A DNA stretch of 64,000 bases from Candidatus Poribacteria bacterium (GCA_965197475.1 CBDANF010000003.1:2496001-2560000); one strand, 5' to 3'. Counted from the stretch's first letter, positions 21,458-31,824 are shown. Made by a program: numbers and translations. Notes: generated by a model not told the origin, from the sequence alone.

Positions 21458-22633
21458 ATGAAACTGAATCGTGTTCTTTTACTAATTTTCTTTTCATGCA
21501 CAATCCTTTTCGTTGGTGTGGTTAGTGATATTTCAGCAGCTTCGGATTCTGACGTTCCCTATGAGGCTATCGCAGAAGCCGAACGTTTTGATAATAACAG
21601 TCCAATTCTGCAAAACGGATCTCCTATCAATATGTTGGTGGATTTCCCATTAGTACATGTCCGTTTGCATGCGCGTGCTTTATGTAGTTCTCCTGATGGA
21701 AGAAACGGTGCTTACTCACTAGTGTATACAGTACCCAATGTAAATTGGATACTTATGCAGAGTCATTTTCATAAGCCTGGTCATCTAATCCATGGGAAGT
21801 TTGATTATGACAGAACCATACTACGTTTTTACGAACACAACCCAGCCTTCGTTGTCGCAGCTGCTTATGGAAATACTGGTGGAACTGTATCTGGAAGCCA
21901 ACCTACCAGCAGATCTCATTCAGCGGCTATTGGTGATGGGGTGCCAGCGTGGGTCCCTCCTCCTCCTTCAACCATCATCACCCAACCAGATCCCGATCCA
22001 TCCGATCCTGACAGTGACACAGATAGTGATGGTCCGTGTCAGTCGCCTGGGTTATATCCTGTCAATGGTTTGTATACCGCTACGGCAGGAGAGACAAAGG
22101 AGTCTTGCCTTGTGGCCCCCGATCCCTATTACGCTGTGGCTTTGTACGTAAAGAATCCTGGAGATACAAGTCAATACGGAACACGTGTAACTGAAATAAA
22201 CGGTGATTGTATCACCTCAACGGCAACACTGAGTTACACTTTTCCCAGCAATGCCTCTGGCGATTATCTTATCACTGCCGTTGTGGACCCGTGTGGGCAT
22301 GGTCACTATGAATACAGTTACACCGTGTCCGTCACACTCCCACCCGGCATATATCCGACCGATACAGGACCAGCGGGTGCTACTCCTGGTACGCCTTACG
22401 AGTTAAAAGTTATCACCGATGAAAGTTACTACTGGATCAACTGGTATGTAAAGCGGGCAGATGAAGCAGGACTTGGAACTAAGGTAGAATCCAACTCCGG
22501 TGGCACTTCCACCGAGGCGACAATGAGTCATACCTATAATGTTATAGGCGACTATGTCATAACAGCAGTTATTTGGCGCGGTTCAGATATGTCACGTTAT
22601 GAGGAAACCTATAATCTTAGGTGTGATTCTTAA
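21458..22633 (+). CDS. Secreted hypothetical protein with Pro/Asp linker and two repeated beta-rich domains
   Basis: Signal peptide; repeated PG(L/I)YP...Y(Y)xxxxYVK...GDYxITAV units. Confidence 0.65.
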   Translation: MKLNRVLLLIFFSCTILFVGVVSDISAASDSDVPYEAIAEAERFDNNSPILQNGSPINMLVDFPLVHVRLHARALCSSPDGRNGAYSLVYTVPNVNWILMQSHFHKPGHLIHGKFDYDRTILRFYEHNPAFVVAAAYGNTGGTVSGSQPTSRSHSAAIGDGVPAWVPPPPSTIITQPDPDPSDPDSDTDSDGPCQSPGLYPVNGLYTATAGETKESCLVAPDPYYAVALYVKNPGDTSQYGTRVTEINGDCITSTATLSYTFPSNASGDYLITAVVDPCGHGHYEYSYTVSVTLPPGIYPTDTGPAGATPGTPYELKVITDESYYWINWYVKRADEAGLGTKVESNSGGTSTEATMSHTYNVIGDYVITAVIWRGSDMSRYEETYNLRCDS

Positions 22634-22947
22634 ATTATGGTGAATTATTGAAATAATTATACACTTTCCCTGTAGGAGCGATCTCCGAATCGCGACTTAA
22701 CTTAATGATAGTTGGGAATCGGAGTTCCCTCCCGCTGAATGCCAAAAAGCGCATTCAGCGTTGATTCACAGAATAATAATGCGTAAATCATTCAATAATC
22801 TACCATACATCGGTGAGTTGTATTCACAAATCCAAACAAATCGGTAGGTAAAATCTTTGTTTTACCTACCGTCCCTTTGTAAATATATTGTTCCTAACGA
22901 GCATTGCGTAAAGTATTTTCCTGCTGCCGTAGGCATTATGACATCTT

Positions 22948-23194
22948 ATACCATTTCTATATGATAATAGGACATTATTCCGTCCGTCGGGTAGAAGCGA
23001 TAGCGAAACCCAACATGCACGAGGTGATATAAACTACGTGTCCAAATCAACGCTGAATGCGCTTTTGGCATTCAATCGGGTAGAGTGGACGAAACCCGAC
23101 ACGTATGATTGATGGAGGTTTTCCATGTCGGGTTTCGCTGACGCTCTACCTGACCTACAGTTTATTATGACAATTTGTCAATTAGAAATGGTAT
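22948..23194. mobile_element. MITE with nested REP-like palindromes
   Basis: ATACCATTTCTA / TAGAAATGGTAT ends; internal GGTAGAAGCGATAGCGAAACCCAACATG and its inverted copy. Confidence 0.65.
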
Positions 23195-23225
23195 TATGAT
23201 GTAATCCGAGATTCAGACAGGACAA

Positions 23226-23254
23226 TTGACATTTAATCCAACACATGGTAGAAT
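23226..23254 (+). promoter_or_regulatory. Sigma70 promoter for the WD40 gene pair
   Basis: TTGACA-N17-TAGAAT with TG extension. Confidence 0.75.
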
Positions 23255-23340
23255 AAACGCAACATTAAAACGATTTTATATTTGCCCACGGCTTTCTACC
23301 CAGATAAGTGGTGGGAACAGCACAAAAGGAGTACAAACCG

Positions 23341-24627
23341 ATGAAAAACACGTTGTGTTCAATTTTGACAGCACTGTTGATAGTACTCATATTTACACCT
23401 AACAGTTTCACCCAAGATTCACTGCAAGAGGATATAGAGGACTTAATTGAATCAGTACGAAAGGAGTTAGAGGATGCAATACAAGAGAGTTTACGTGATG
23501 ACGAGAAAACGGGCAAGGTCAACAAACTTGTTTATTCTACCGACGATATAAATTTTTCCCACGATGGCAAACGCCTCGCGTTAGCGGGGAACTACGGCAT
23601 TTTGATCTACGACATTCAGAGAAGTCGCAAAAACGTTCAGGTAAGTTACAAACCTATCAAATTGAGGGAACATCAGGGGAGAGGGTGGCGGGTAGCGTTT
23701 AGTCCGGATGGTAAGCTACTCGCAAGTGCAAATGCTACAGGTTTGCTTTATATATGGGATGCGAAAACGGAAAAACTCCTTCGGACAATCGAAGAAGAGC
23801 CAAAATATTCATCTTTCTGGTGTATGGCGTTTAGTCCGGATGGCAGGATGATCGTTACCGGGGGGAATAGGGTTATCACTACGGATCCTTGGAGAAGTGA
23901 GGGCATAGTGCGTTTGTGGGATACACAGACGGGAGAACACATCCGAACACTCACAGGGCATAAGCGTCATGTCCATAGCGTGGCGTTTAGTCCGGACGGC
24001 AGGACTATCGCGACGGGTGGTAGCATAGCTTTCGCTAAGGATGGCAGTACGATAGATGGCGTAGTGCGTTTGTGGGACACACGGATGGGAGAACACATCC
24101 GAACACTCACAGGGCATAGAGGTATTATCAATTCCGTGGCGTTTAGTCCGGACGGAACGCTACTCGCAAGTGGCGGTATTGACAAACCCGTCCGCTTATG
24201 GGATGTGAAAACGGGGCAACAAATCCGAACACTCGGAGAGGGTGGTCCAGGGTATTCTGCGGGTCCGAGAGATCTGGAAGGAGGAGGATTTATAGGTTCT
24301 TTCGGTCCGGTTGATTGCGTAGCGTTTAGTTCAGATGGCAGGACTCTCGCAAGTTCCAATTCTGTAGGTGTTTGGCTATGGGATGTAAAACGGGGACGAC
24401 TCCTCCGAAGATTCAGAGACCAAAACTCAGGCGGTGGTCCTACTGTAGTGGCGTTTAGTCCAGATAGCAGGACTCTCGCAGTCTGTAGAAGTTATGAACT
24501 TGAGCAAATAGTTCCCAAAAGCAATGGCGTTACAATTCCTAAAGAAATAGAACTGTGGGATGCGGAAACGGGAAAACATCTCCATAGGATCAAGTTAGAA
24601 AGGTACAGACTCGAAACTTACCCATGA
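23341..24627 (+). CDS. Secreted WD40-repeat protein
   Basis: Repeated GH...VAFSPDG...VRLWD; signal peptide from ATG 23341 with an AAGGAG RBS. Confidence 0.92.
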   Translation: MKNTLCSILTALLIVLIFTPNSFTQDSLQEDIEDLIESVRKELEDAIQESLRDDEKTGKVNKLVYSTDDINFSHDGKRLALAGNYGILIYDIQRSRKNVQVSYKPIKLREHQGRGWRVAFSPDGKLLASANATGLLYIWDAKTEKLLRTIEEEPKYSSFWCMAFSPDGRMIVTGGNRVITTDPWRSEGIVRLWDTQTGEHIRTLTGHKRHVHSVAFSPDGRTIATGGSIAFAKDGSTIDGVVRLWDTRMGEHIRTLTGHRGIINSVAFSPDGTLLASGGIDKPVRLWDVKTGQQIRTLGEGGPGYSAGPRDLEGGGFIGSFGPVDCVAFSSDGRTLASSNSVGVWLWDVKRGRLLRRFRDQNSGGGPTVVAFSPDSRTLAVCRSYELEQIVPKSNGVTIPKEIELWDAETGKHLHRIKLERYRLETYP

Positions 24628-25802
24628 AAAATAGATTGTTTTCAATTTTGATAGCACTGTTGATAGTATTTACATTTACATTTAACAACCTCGCCCAAGA
24701 TTTACTACGAGAGGCATTAGAGAATGCAAAACGAGAGAATTTACGTGATGGCGAGAAAATGCGCAAGAGCGGCAGCAAGCACTACATCAATGATATGAAA
24801 TATTCCCCTGATGGCACACGTCTCGTGATGGCGGGGAGCTTCGGTATTTTGCTCTACGATGTTCAGAGAAGTGGCAAAAATATTCAGAAAGTTGATAACC
24901 CTGTCAAATTGGCAGGACATCAGGAGAGAGGCTGGCGGGTAGCGTTTAGTCCGGATGGCAAGATACTCACAACTCTCGGTGGTATGGGATCTTTTCGTTT
25001 GTGGGATGCGAAAACGGGACAACACATCCGAACACTCAAAAGGGATCCAGGGACATCGAACTCGTGTGTGGTGTTTAGTCCGGGTGGCAGGATGATCGTT
25101 ACCGGGGGGAACAGGTTTGTCACTAAGGATGGTAAGAGAATGGAGGGCATAGTGCGTTTGTGGGACACACACACGGGACAACACATCCGAACACTCATAG
25201 GGCATAAGCGTCATGTCCAGAGCGTGGCGTTTAGTCCGGACAGCAGGACTATCGCGACAGGTGGTACAGGTAGCATAACTGGCGCTAAGGATGGCAGTAC
25301 GATAGATGGCGTAGTGCGTTTGTGGGACACACACACGGGAGAACACATCCGAACACTCACAGGGCATAGAGGTATTATCAATTCCGTGGCGTTTAGTCCG
25401 GACGGAACGCTGCTCGCAAGTGGCGGTTATGACAAACCCGTCCGCTTATGGGATGTGAAAACGGGGCAACAAATCCGAACACTTGAAGAGGGTGGTGGGA
25501 GGTATTCTATGGGGCCGAGGGATCGGGGAGGAACGCGAAGCCCTATGGGTCCGGTCGATTGCGTTGCGTTTAGTCCAGATGGCAGGACTCTCGCAAGTTC
25601 CAATCATTTGGGCGTTCGTCTATGGGATGTGAAGACGGGACGACTCCTCCGAAAATTCAGAGAACGGAACGGTGGTCATGGCATTACTTTGGTAGTGTAT
25701 AGTCCGGATGGTAGGACGATCGCAGCTTGTGCTAGCAATGAAGTCGATCTGTGGGATGCGGAAACGGGACAACTCCTCCAAAGACTCAAAATGCCCGATT
25801 AA
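24624..25802 (+). CDS. Secreted WD40-repeat protein (tandem paralog)
   Basis: Same repeats; ATGA overlap with the upstream paralog. Confidence 0.92.
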   Translation: MKNRLFSILIALLIVFTFTFNNLAQDLLREALENAKRENLRDGEKMRKSGSKHYINDMKYSPDGTRLVMAGSFGILLYDVQRSGKNIQKVDNPVKLAGHQERGWRVAFSPDGKILTTLGGMGSFRLWDAKTGQHIRTLKRDPGTSNSCVVFSPGGRMIVTGGNRFVTKDGKRMEGIVRLWDTHTGQHIRTLIGHKRHVQSVAFSPDSRTIATGGTGSITGAKDGSTIDGVVRLWDTHTGEHIRTLTGHRGIINSVAFSPDGTLLASGGYDKPVRLWDVKTGQQIRTLEEGGGRYSMGPRDRGGTRSPMGPVDCVAFSPDGRTLASSNHLGVRLWDVKTGRLLRKFRERNGGHGITLVVYSPDGRTIAACASNEVDLWDAETGQLLQRLKMPD

Positions 25803-25879
25803 CGGATTTATCCTATTTTCCAATCTATAGGCGCGGTTTCTAACCACATCTATGATTGGAATCAAGTTAACTTGGTGTA

Positions 25880-25971
25880 ATACCATATTAACTTGATCTT
25901 TCTCGGTAGGCGTGCTTTGTCCGCGCGCTGTCTGCCCAGAAAAATAAGACTAATCCTGTTAATTTGGTGTA
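25880..25971. mobile_element. About 90-bp MITE (inverted homolog at 48549-48640)
   Basis: TACCATATTAAC...GTTAATTTGGTGTA ends; internal sequence aligns with 48549-48640. Confidence 0.7.
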
Positions 25972-26020
25972 AGTGTTAATTGATGGGAAAGTATACCCGA
26001 AAAACATTAGATAGATTGTA

Positions 26021-28060
26021 ATGCCAAACAGATTTGTCCGTAGCATCGCGTCTCTATTTCTTCTCGGAAGCATTCTGCTGCTTTGCTGTTGGATCCGCGT
26101 TCAAGGCACCGAACGGATCCCGCAAGGGCAATTCACTGAAAATGATGCCTACTTCTACTATTGGCAAGCCACCCTAATTTCAGAACAGGGACATCTACCG
26201 GGGCGCGATATGCACCGGTGGTTGCCGCTCGGTAGAGATTTAGGGCAGACGCTCAATGTTTATCCCTATGCCCTCGCTTATACACACAAAGTCGTCTCCA
26301 CAGTTTTTCCGAACGTCACGCTTTACCACGTTATCCTTTACATGCCTATCTTATGTTTTGGCATTGGACTCGGCGCGCTCTGTCTCTTTCTTTATCACAC
26401 TTACGGACTTCTCTTTTCAAGTATAGTAGGCGTACTTCTGGCGATACTTCCGGGTAGTATAGAGCGCAGCACAGCCGGATTTGGAGACAGAGACGCATGG
26501 TGTCTAATGGTAGGCGTTCTTACTGTCGTAACGTATCTTTTCTCCTTGCAGGTACAAGATAAACGTTTCCGACTTTTGTGGACGATTATCAGCGGTTTTA
26601 TTACCTTCTTAGGAGGCATGAGTTGGGAGGGTTTCGGTGTTTTTCTCAGCGTTATTTTTGTTGTGGAACTCTGGCGTTTTCTCACCAATGAAAAAGAAGA
26701 AGACCTCTTGTACTATCTGTTTTGGATGCTCACCTTTGTGCCGATGCTCTGGCTTGCCTCACCCGCCTATCGCAGTGGTTACGGTTTTTCACAACACATT
26801 GCTGTCTTTGTACTTGTACCGCCAGTGGTAATCCTACTACTCCGCAGCTGCCGACATCTTTTCTTGAACCATACCCCTTTTGCTGAAAAACTCCGTCCAC
26901 ATGGGCGTTCGCTTGCACTCGGCTTAACGCTCTTGAGTCTTACACTTGCAAGTCGGCTATGTTCTGACACAGCTTAGCACGTTCGCGAGTACTACCGTGC
27001 CGTTGAGTGATAACAGCTTGATGCAAGCAATGACAGAGTTGAGATCCCCGCCTTACCGGTATTGGGTCGCTATGGCAGCGTCTTTATTATAGGGAGTCTC
27101 GGTTTCGTTCTCATTCCCCTCCATCTCTGGAAGAAACAAGGATTTCTCTTATCAATACCTATTGCGCTCTTTACAGTCTTTTCCTTTTTCCGGCAACAAG
27201 GTGATAACCTCTGGGGGGAACCCTTTGGTAACGTCCTTTTTGGAATTGCTCTCGCGGGGTGTGTGGTCACCCTCATCGGAATCGCATGGCGGCGCAAGAC
27301 TCAAGCCCCATCAGAACTCGTTTTTATTGCTTTCACTGCATGGTTTATTGTCTGGGTTGCGCTCTCTCGTGATGCGAAACGCTACGACTTTTTCATCGGT
27401 TTAGCCCTCGCCTTCGGGACCGCAGCCTTGATATTATTGATTGCACAGACACTCAGTGAGAGATTGAGAAGTTCTGTATATGTCAGTGACAGATTTCGAA
27501 AAGACTTTGAAGCGAACACACTAAAAACAGGAATCGCCATCATACTCCTCATAACAATAATGTGGCTGCCAACAAAAATCGCACATACGCATCGGACGTT
27601 ATATGCAGCGAAAGAGATGCGAAACCCACTACCCGGAAACAACCGTGTCAATGCAGCATTCCAATGGATGAAAAAATATCTTGTTCCCAAAGCAAAAGAG
27701 ACCCCTATTGTTGCTGCACATTGGGGGTACGGTAGCCAACTCAACGTTCTCGCCGGTGTTAGAACCATCACGGACCAGGATACCTACATACCACATTGGG
27801 TACATCTCTATTACAAGCATGTCCACAACACAACGGCGGAACGGGAAGCACTCAGCTACCTAAAAACACACGGTGCAACGCATATTATGCTCACCGGAAA
27901 AGATCCGAGAAAATCTTTTCTCCGCAGACAGTTAAGCGATGCATTTGTCCCTATTTATCCATTCGCCACAAAATTTGAAAAATCGGGGGTGAAAATATGG
28001 AAGATTCACTATCCGGGTAACATTCAGCCAGATCCGAAATACCGAGTGACCAAGTTTTAA
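26021..28060 (+). pseudogene. STT3/AglB-PglB-like oligosaccharyltransferase (GT-C fold) with two frameshifts
   Basis: ENDAYFY, RSTAGFGDRD, AMTEL (in the bridging frame), KRY and AAHWGYGSQL (WWDYG-like) motifs; frameshifts near 26950 and 27065. Confidence 0.8.
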
Positions 28061-28085
28061 AATAGACACGTTTAGGTATATATAC

Positions 28086-28700
28086 ATGCTTGCAAACACC
28101 ATAACCTTCAGCCGCCTCTTTTTAACCTTCGTTGTTATTGCTTTGTTTAAACGGCATCCATTCCTAAATATCGCATGCATCACAACAATCGCTATTATCT
28201 TCGTCCTTGATGCTGTTGATGGCATCGTTGCACGTAAACGAAACGAGACATCTGAGTTCGGTGCTGCTTTTGACATAATCGCAGATAGAATTATTGAAAA
28301 CGTCTTCTGGATTTATTTTACAGTGGCAGGCCATATACTTGTGTGGATACCGATCGTTATCATAACAAGAGGTATTTTAACAGACACGCTGCAACGTTAT
28401 AGCACGCCACCAAAAAGCAAGTTTACACACACCCTCATTCGTTCATATATCAGTCGCGGCACTTACGGGGTACTAAAGATGCTTACCTTTCTTTATTTTT
28501 CATGGATGCATCTATATACCTCTGAAAATCCCATCATGAAACAAGTAGGACTCATACTTGCCACTGTTACCGTTGCAATATGCTTAATTAGAAGCATTCC
28601 TATACTTATTGCGGCATGGGAGGACATCAAACCCTCCGAAAGTCCTACAAACACATTCAGCGTTGATTTAGCGAAAAAAAGCGAAACAAAACACCCCTGA
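28086..28700 (+). CDS. CDP-alcohol phosphatidyltransferase
   Basis: DAVDGIVARKRNETSEFGAAFDIIADR signature. Confidence 0.92.
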   Translation: MLANTITFSRLFLTFVVIALFKRHPFLNIACITTIAIIFVLDAVDGIVARKRNETSEFGAAFDIIADRIIENVFWIYFTVAGHILVWIPIVIITRGILTDTLQRYSTPPKSKFTHTLIRSYISRGTYGVLKMLTFLYFSWMHLYTSENPIMKQVGLILATVTVAICLIRSIPILIAAWEDIKPSESPTNTFSVDLAKKSETKHP

Positions 28701-28905
28701 AATTACACTAAATTCCATCAGGGATAACGTTATACTCAAACCAACACCGCGTACCATCGGTTTTTAGCGTAATCGCACCGCGTTGATCCGTTCGTAGCTG
28801 CACACAATTACGTTCCCGATACCGTGCCACCACATCCGCATGCGGGAATTGATACCGATTCCCTTTGCCGAGAGAAAAGATAGCATAACGCGGCTGCACA
28901 GCATC
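28601..28905. repeat. Inverted duplicate of 51174-51478 (comEC 3' end plus CDP-alcohol transferase 3' end)
   Basis: ORF 28708..28899(-) is identical to the ComEC C-terminus; about 4 transitions counted by eye over ~305 bp. Confidence 0.92.
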
Positions 28906-30485
28906 GTTCCTGCCGATTTTGAAAAAGCAAAGCAGACAGTGTTACCAGATGCTATTTCCTCAGTTGAAGAGGTGACGACCGACCTTGTGAGTTACCTCCA
29001 AGGTATGACTATCTTTGGTCACCCTCGCACACAACAAAATGTAATTGCGCCGACAACAATTCCGAGTCTAATAGGAGTACTCCTTGCTTCTCTACATAAT
29101 CCTAACCTTTGTTGGGATGAATCCAGTCGATTAGTAGCGTTGGCAGAAGTTGAAGTCGTTGCCATGACATCAAAATTGATCGGATACGATCCGGAACAGT
29201 CAGGTGGTGTGTTTACCTTTGGTGGAACCGGAACGACACTCTACGGAGTGAAAATCGGGTTAGAAAAAGCATGTCCGGAAACGATGCATAAAGGTACACC
29301 AGAAGATGCAGTCGTTTTCGTGTCAGATGCAGGACATTACTGTGCTGCGAATATTACGGGTTGGCTCGGAATAGGCACAAACAATCTGATTACTATTCCG
29401 ACAACTGTTGAAAACGAAATTGACCTTGAATTACTTGAGCAAGAGTTGCAAAAAGCACTCACGAATGGAAAAAAGATTGCCTGTATTATTGCTACATTGG
29501 GTACTACCGATGCATTCGGTTTGGACAATTTACTGCAAATCGTTGCTTTGCGAGAAACCCTTGTTGATGAATTTGAACTTGACTATCAACCGCATATCCA
29601 CGCTGACGCTGTCATCGGATGGGCATGGTTTGTGTTCAATAACTACGATTTTGAGGAGAACCTTTTAGGATTTCGTCCGCGCACCATCCGCGCTTTAGCA
29701 GGTGCCTGCAGAAGGATACAACACCTTTCCCTTGCAGATTCTGTCGGCATTGACTTCCACAAAACTGGCTTCGCGCCTTATATTTCCAGCCTCATACTAG
29801 TCAAAAATCAAGCTGATCTGGATATGTTGAAAAGGTCTCCTGAACAGATGCCCTATCTCTATCACTTTGGACAGTATCGTCCCGGAATGTTCACGCTTGA
29901 AACCTCAAGAGCTGGTACAGGAACTCTTGCTGCCCTTGCTAATCTACGATTGTTCGGGGAAGAAGGGTTGCGCGCTATTCTTGGACACATCGTTGAAATG
30001 ACGCAACTTCTACGAGAACATCTGGGAGGACACGAAGGCACAACCGTCCTGAATCGGGGAAATTTCGGGACTGTTACACTTTTCCGTGCTTATCCAGTCG
30101 GTGTAGATACATTTGAAATCAAACGGCAGGAATTTGAAGATGCTGCTAATCGGGACATTTTAATTGCACACAACGTTTACAATCGCGAAATCTTCCAATA
30201 CGTGAATTCTGAGGCGATGGAAGGTCGGGGTGTTTTCATCTCCACAACAGACTGCTACCGTAAAACCGCTTATGGAGAGCCAATTGTCGCCTTAAAATCG
30301 TTGGCTCATGTAAAGAATGAGTGCTAATGAAAAAGTTTAACCCGCTTGGTCATTGTCTTCATTAAAAACAACCGCACACATTCTTTACATGAGCGAAATC
30401 GTTTATCCTATCCCCGTTTGTTGATGAAGAAGATGTGAAAACAGTGGTTGCGAAGGTATTGGAAGCGAGGGAAGCAATTAGTTGA
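28906..30485 (+). pseudogene. Group II PLP-dependent decarboxylase, 5'-truncated and interrupted by a MITE
   Basis: GGTGTT, HIHADAVIGW, DSVGIDFHK (PLP lysine), TLETSR; native C-terminus FILSPFVDEEDVKTVVAKVLEAREAIS* resumes after the insertion. Confidence 0.85.
30303..30395. mobile_element. 93-bp MITE with 8-bp target-site duplication (ISL3/IS1595-like ends)
   Basis: GGCTCATGTAAAGAATG / CATTCTTTACATGAGCG TIRs; AAATCGTT at 30295-30302 and 30396-30403. Confidence 0.9.
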
Positions 30486-30507
30486 AGTGTTGCAATATAC
30501 ACTTCAA

Positions 30508-30589
30508 TGGAGGTGGTGGGAATTGAACCCACTTCCGGAGGAATTTGAAAGCGACCATGCTTTCGCCTCCGTCGAATCCATTCACCCCC
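30508..30589 (-). ncRNA. Minimal tmRNA-like RNA: tRNA-like domain only, no mRNA-like domain
   Basis: GGGGGTG-AATGGATTCGAC-GGAGG-CGAAAGCATGGTCGCTTTCAAATT-CCTCC-GGAA-GTGGG-TTCAATT-CCCAC-CACCTCC-A; G3-U70, A73, tmRNA-type stemless D-loop. Confidence 0.8.
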
Positions 30590-30618
30590 GTGTACAAATA
30601 TAAATATAAGGATACCAT

Positions 30619-30648
30619 ATTCGCACCCACAATATCAAGTGAATAGCT
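30619..30648 (-). promoter_or_regulatory. Promoter for the TLD-only RNA
   Basis: TTGATA-N18-TATCCT with an extended -10 TG, followed by a short AT-rich leader. Confidence 0.6.
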
Positions 30649-30736
30649 CTGGTCAGACACCAATTTGTTGACTTTGCTAAGTGTCTGTGATAACCTATGT
30701 TTATAATAATCAGATTGGAAGGAATAGTTATAGTTA

Positions 30737-31774
30737 ATGGAACATTGGATTGAACAACTTATTGGTGGATTACCCAACGTAGTCCTTTTTCTAATTATTG
30801 CGGTGATGCTTTATACACTCGGCAAAGGCGCAGACTGGCTTGTTGATGAAGCGGTTGTGCTTTCAACCCGATGGGGTTTAGGGAAAGCGATTATCGGTGC
30901 TACGATTGTGAGTATTGGGACAACAACACCTGAGGCTGCGGTCTCCGTGCTGTCTGCAGTACAAGGAAAACCGGGACTTGCACTCGGAAACGCAGTCGGT
31001 TCGATTATATGTGACACTGGACTTATTTTAGGATTAGCATCGCTGATTGCACCGTTATCGTTCAACCGTCAGTTAGCATCGCGCTTGTCCAATGTTCAGG
31101 TGAGTGCTGGTATTCTCTTGGTATTAGCATGTATTCCGTGGTCTTCCCCTATGGAAGTCTTTAAACAAGGTGGCGTACTTCCACAATTTATAGGATTCAT
31201 CTTTGTTGTACTGTTAGGGTTGTATATCTGGCAGTCTATCCGATGGGCAGGTTCAACAACACCCGATCCTGAAGACGAAGAGAAGGCAGAATCAGGTGGA
31301 TCAAGTACTTCCCTTACACTTCTGAAACTCATCGGGTCAATCGCAATCGTCGTAATTTCTGCCCAAATTCTCATTCCGACTGTAAGTATTCTTGCTACAA
31401 GATTTAAGGTGCCAGAATCAATTATTTCGTTAACATTGGTAGCATTCGGCACTTCACTCCCAGAACTTGTAACAGCAATTACAGCAGTTAGGCGTGGGCA
31501 TGGTGAGTTAGCGGTCGGTAACATCATCGGTGCGGATATTCTGAACGTGCTTTTTGTGGCAGGGGTTTCTGCAGCAGCGACAAGAGGTGGGTTAGTAGCA
31601 GACGCACATTTTTTCCTATTCGCTTTCCCCGCAATGTTGTTTATCTTAATAGTTTTCCGATACGGTATTTTCGTTTCAGGTAGCCAGTTAAAACGTCCTT
31701 TTGGGGTTGTTTTAGTCGCAGTCTGGCTTGTAGTACAAATCCTCAGTGGTGTTTTGGGAATAGGGGTGCGTTAG
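30737..31774 (+). CDS. Cation/Ca2+ (sodium:calcium) antiporter, YrbG-like
   Basis: Alpha repeats GTTTPE...GNAVGS and GTSLPE...GNIIGA. Confidence 0.92.
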   Translation: MEHWIEQLIGGLPNVVLFLIIAVMLYTLGKGADWLVDEAVVLSTRWGLGKAIIGATIVSIGTTTPEAAVSVLSAVQGKPGLALGNAVGSIICDTGLILGLASLIAPLSFNRQLASRLSNVQVSAGILLVLACIPWSSPMEVFKQGGVLPQFIGFIFVVLLGLYIWQSIRWAGSTTPDPEDEEKAESGGSSTSLTLLKLIGSIAIVVISAQILIPTVSILATRFKVPESIISLTLVAFGTSLPELVTAITAVRRGHGELAVGNIIGADILNVLFVAGVSAAATRGGLVADAHFFLFAFPAMLFILIVFRYGIFVSGSQLKRPFGVVLVAVWLVVQILSGVLGIGVR

Positions 31775-31824
31775 AAACTTAAGACGATTTAGATTTGACA
31801 GAAATTGGTTTGTGATTAGCCTTA

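Noticed and set aside
28708-28899. 63-aa ORF as an independent gene
   Set aside because: It is the duplicated C-terminal fragment of comEC.
30508-30589. Ordinary tRNA, permuted two-piece tmRNA, or prophage att remnant
   Set aside because: There is no D-stem or 7-nt anticodon loop, the ends are in standard rather than permuted order, both ends are present, and no integrase is nearby.
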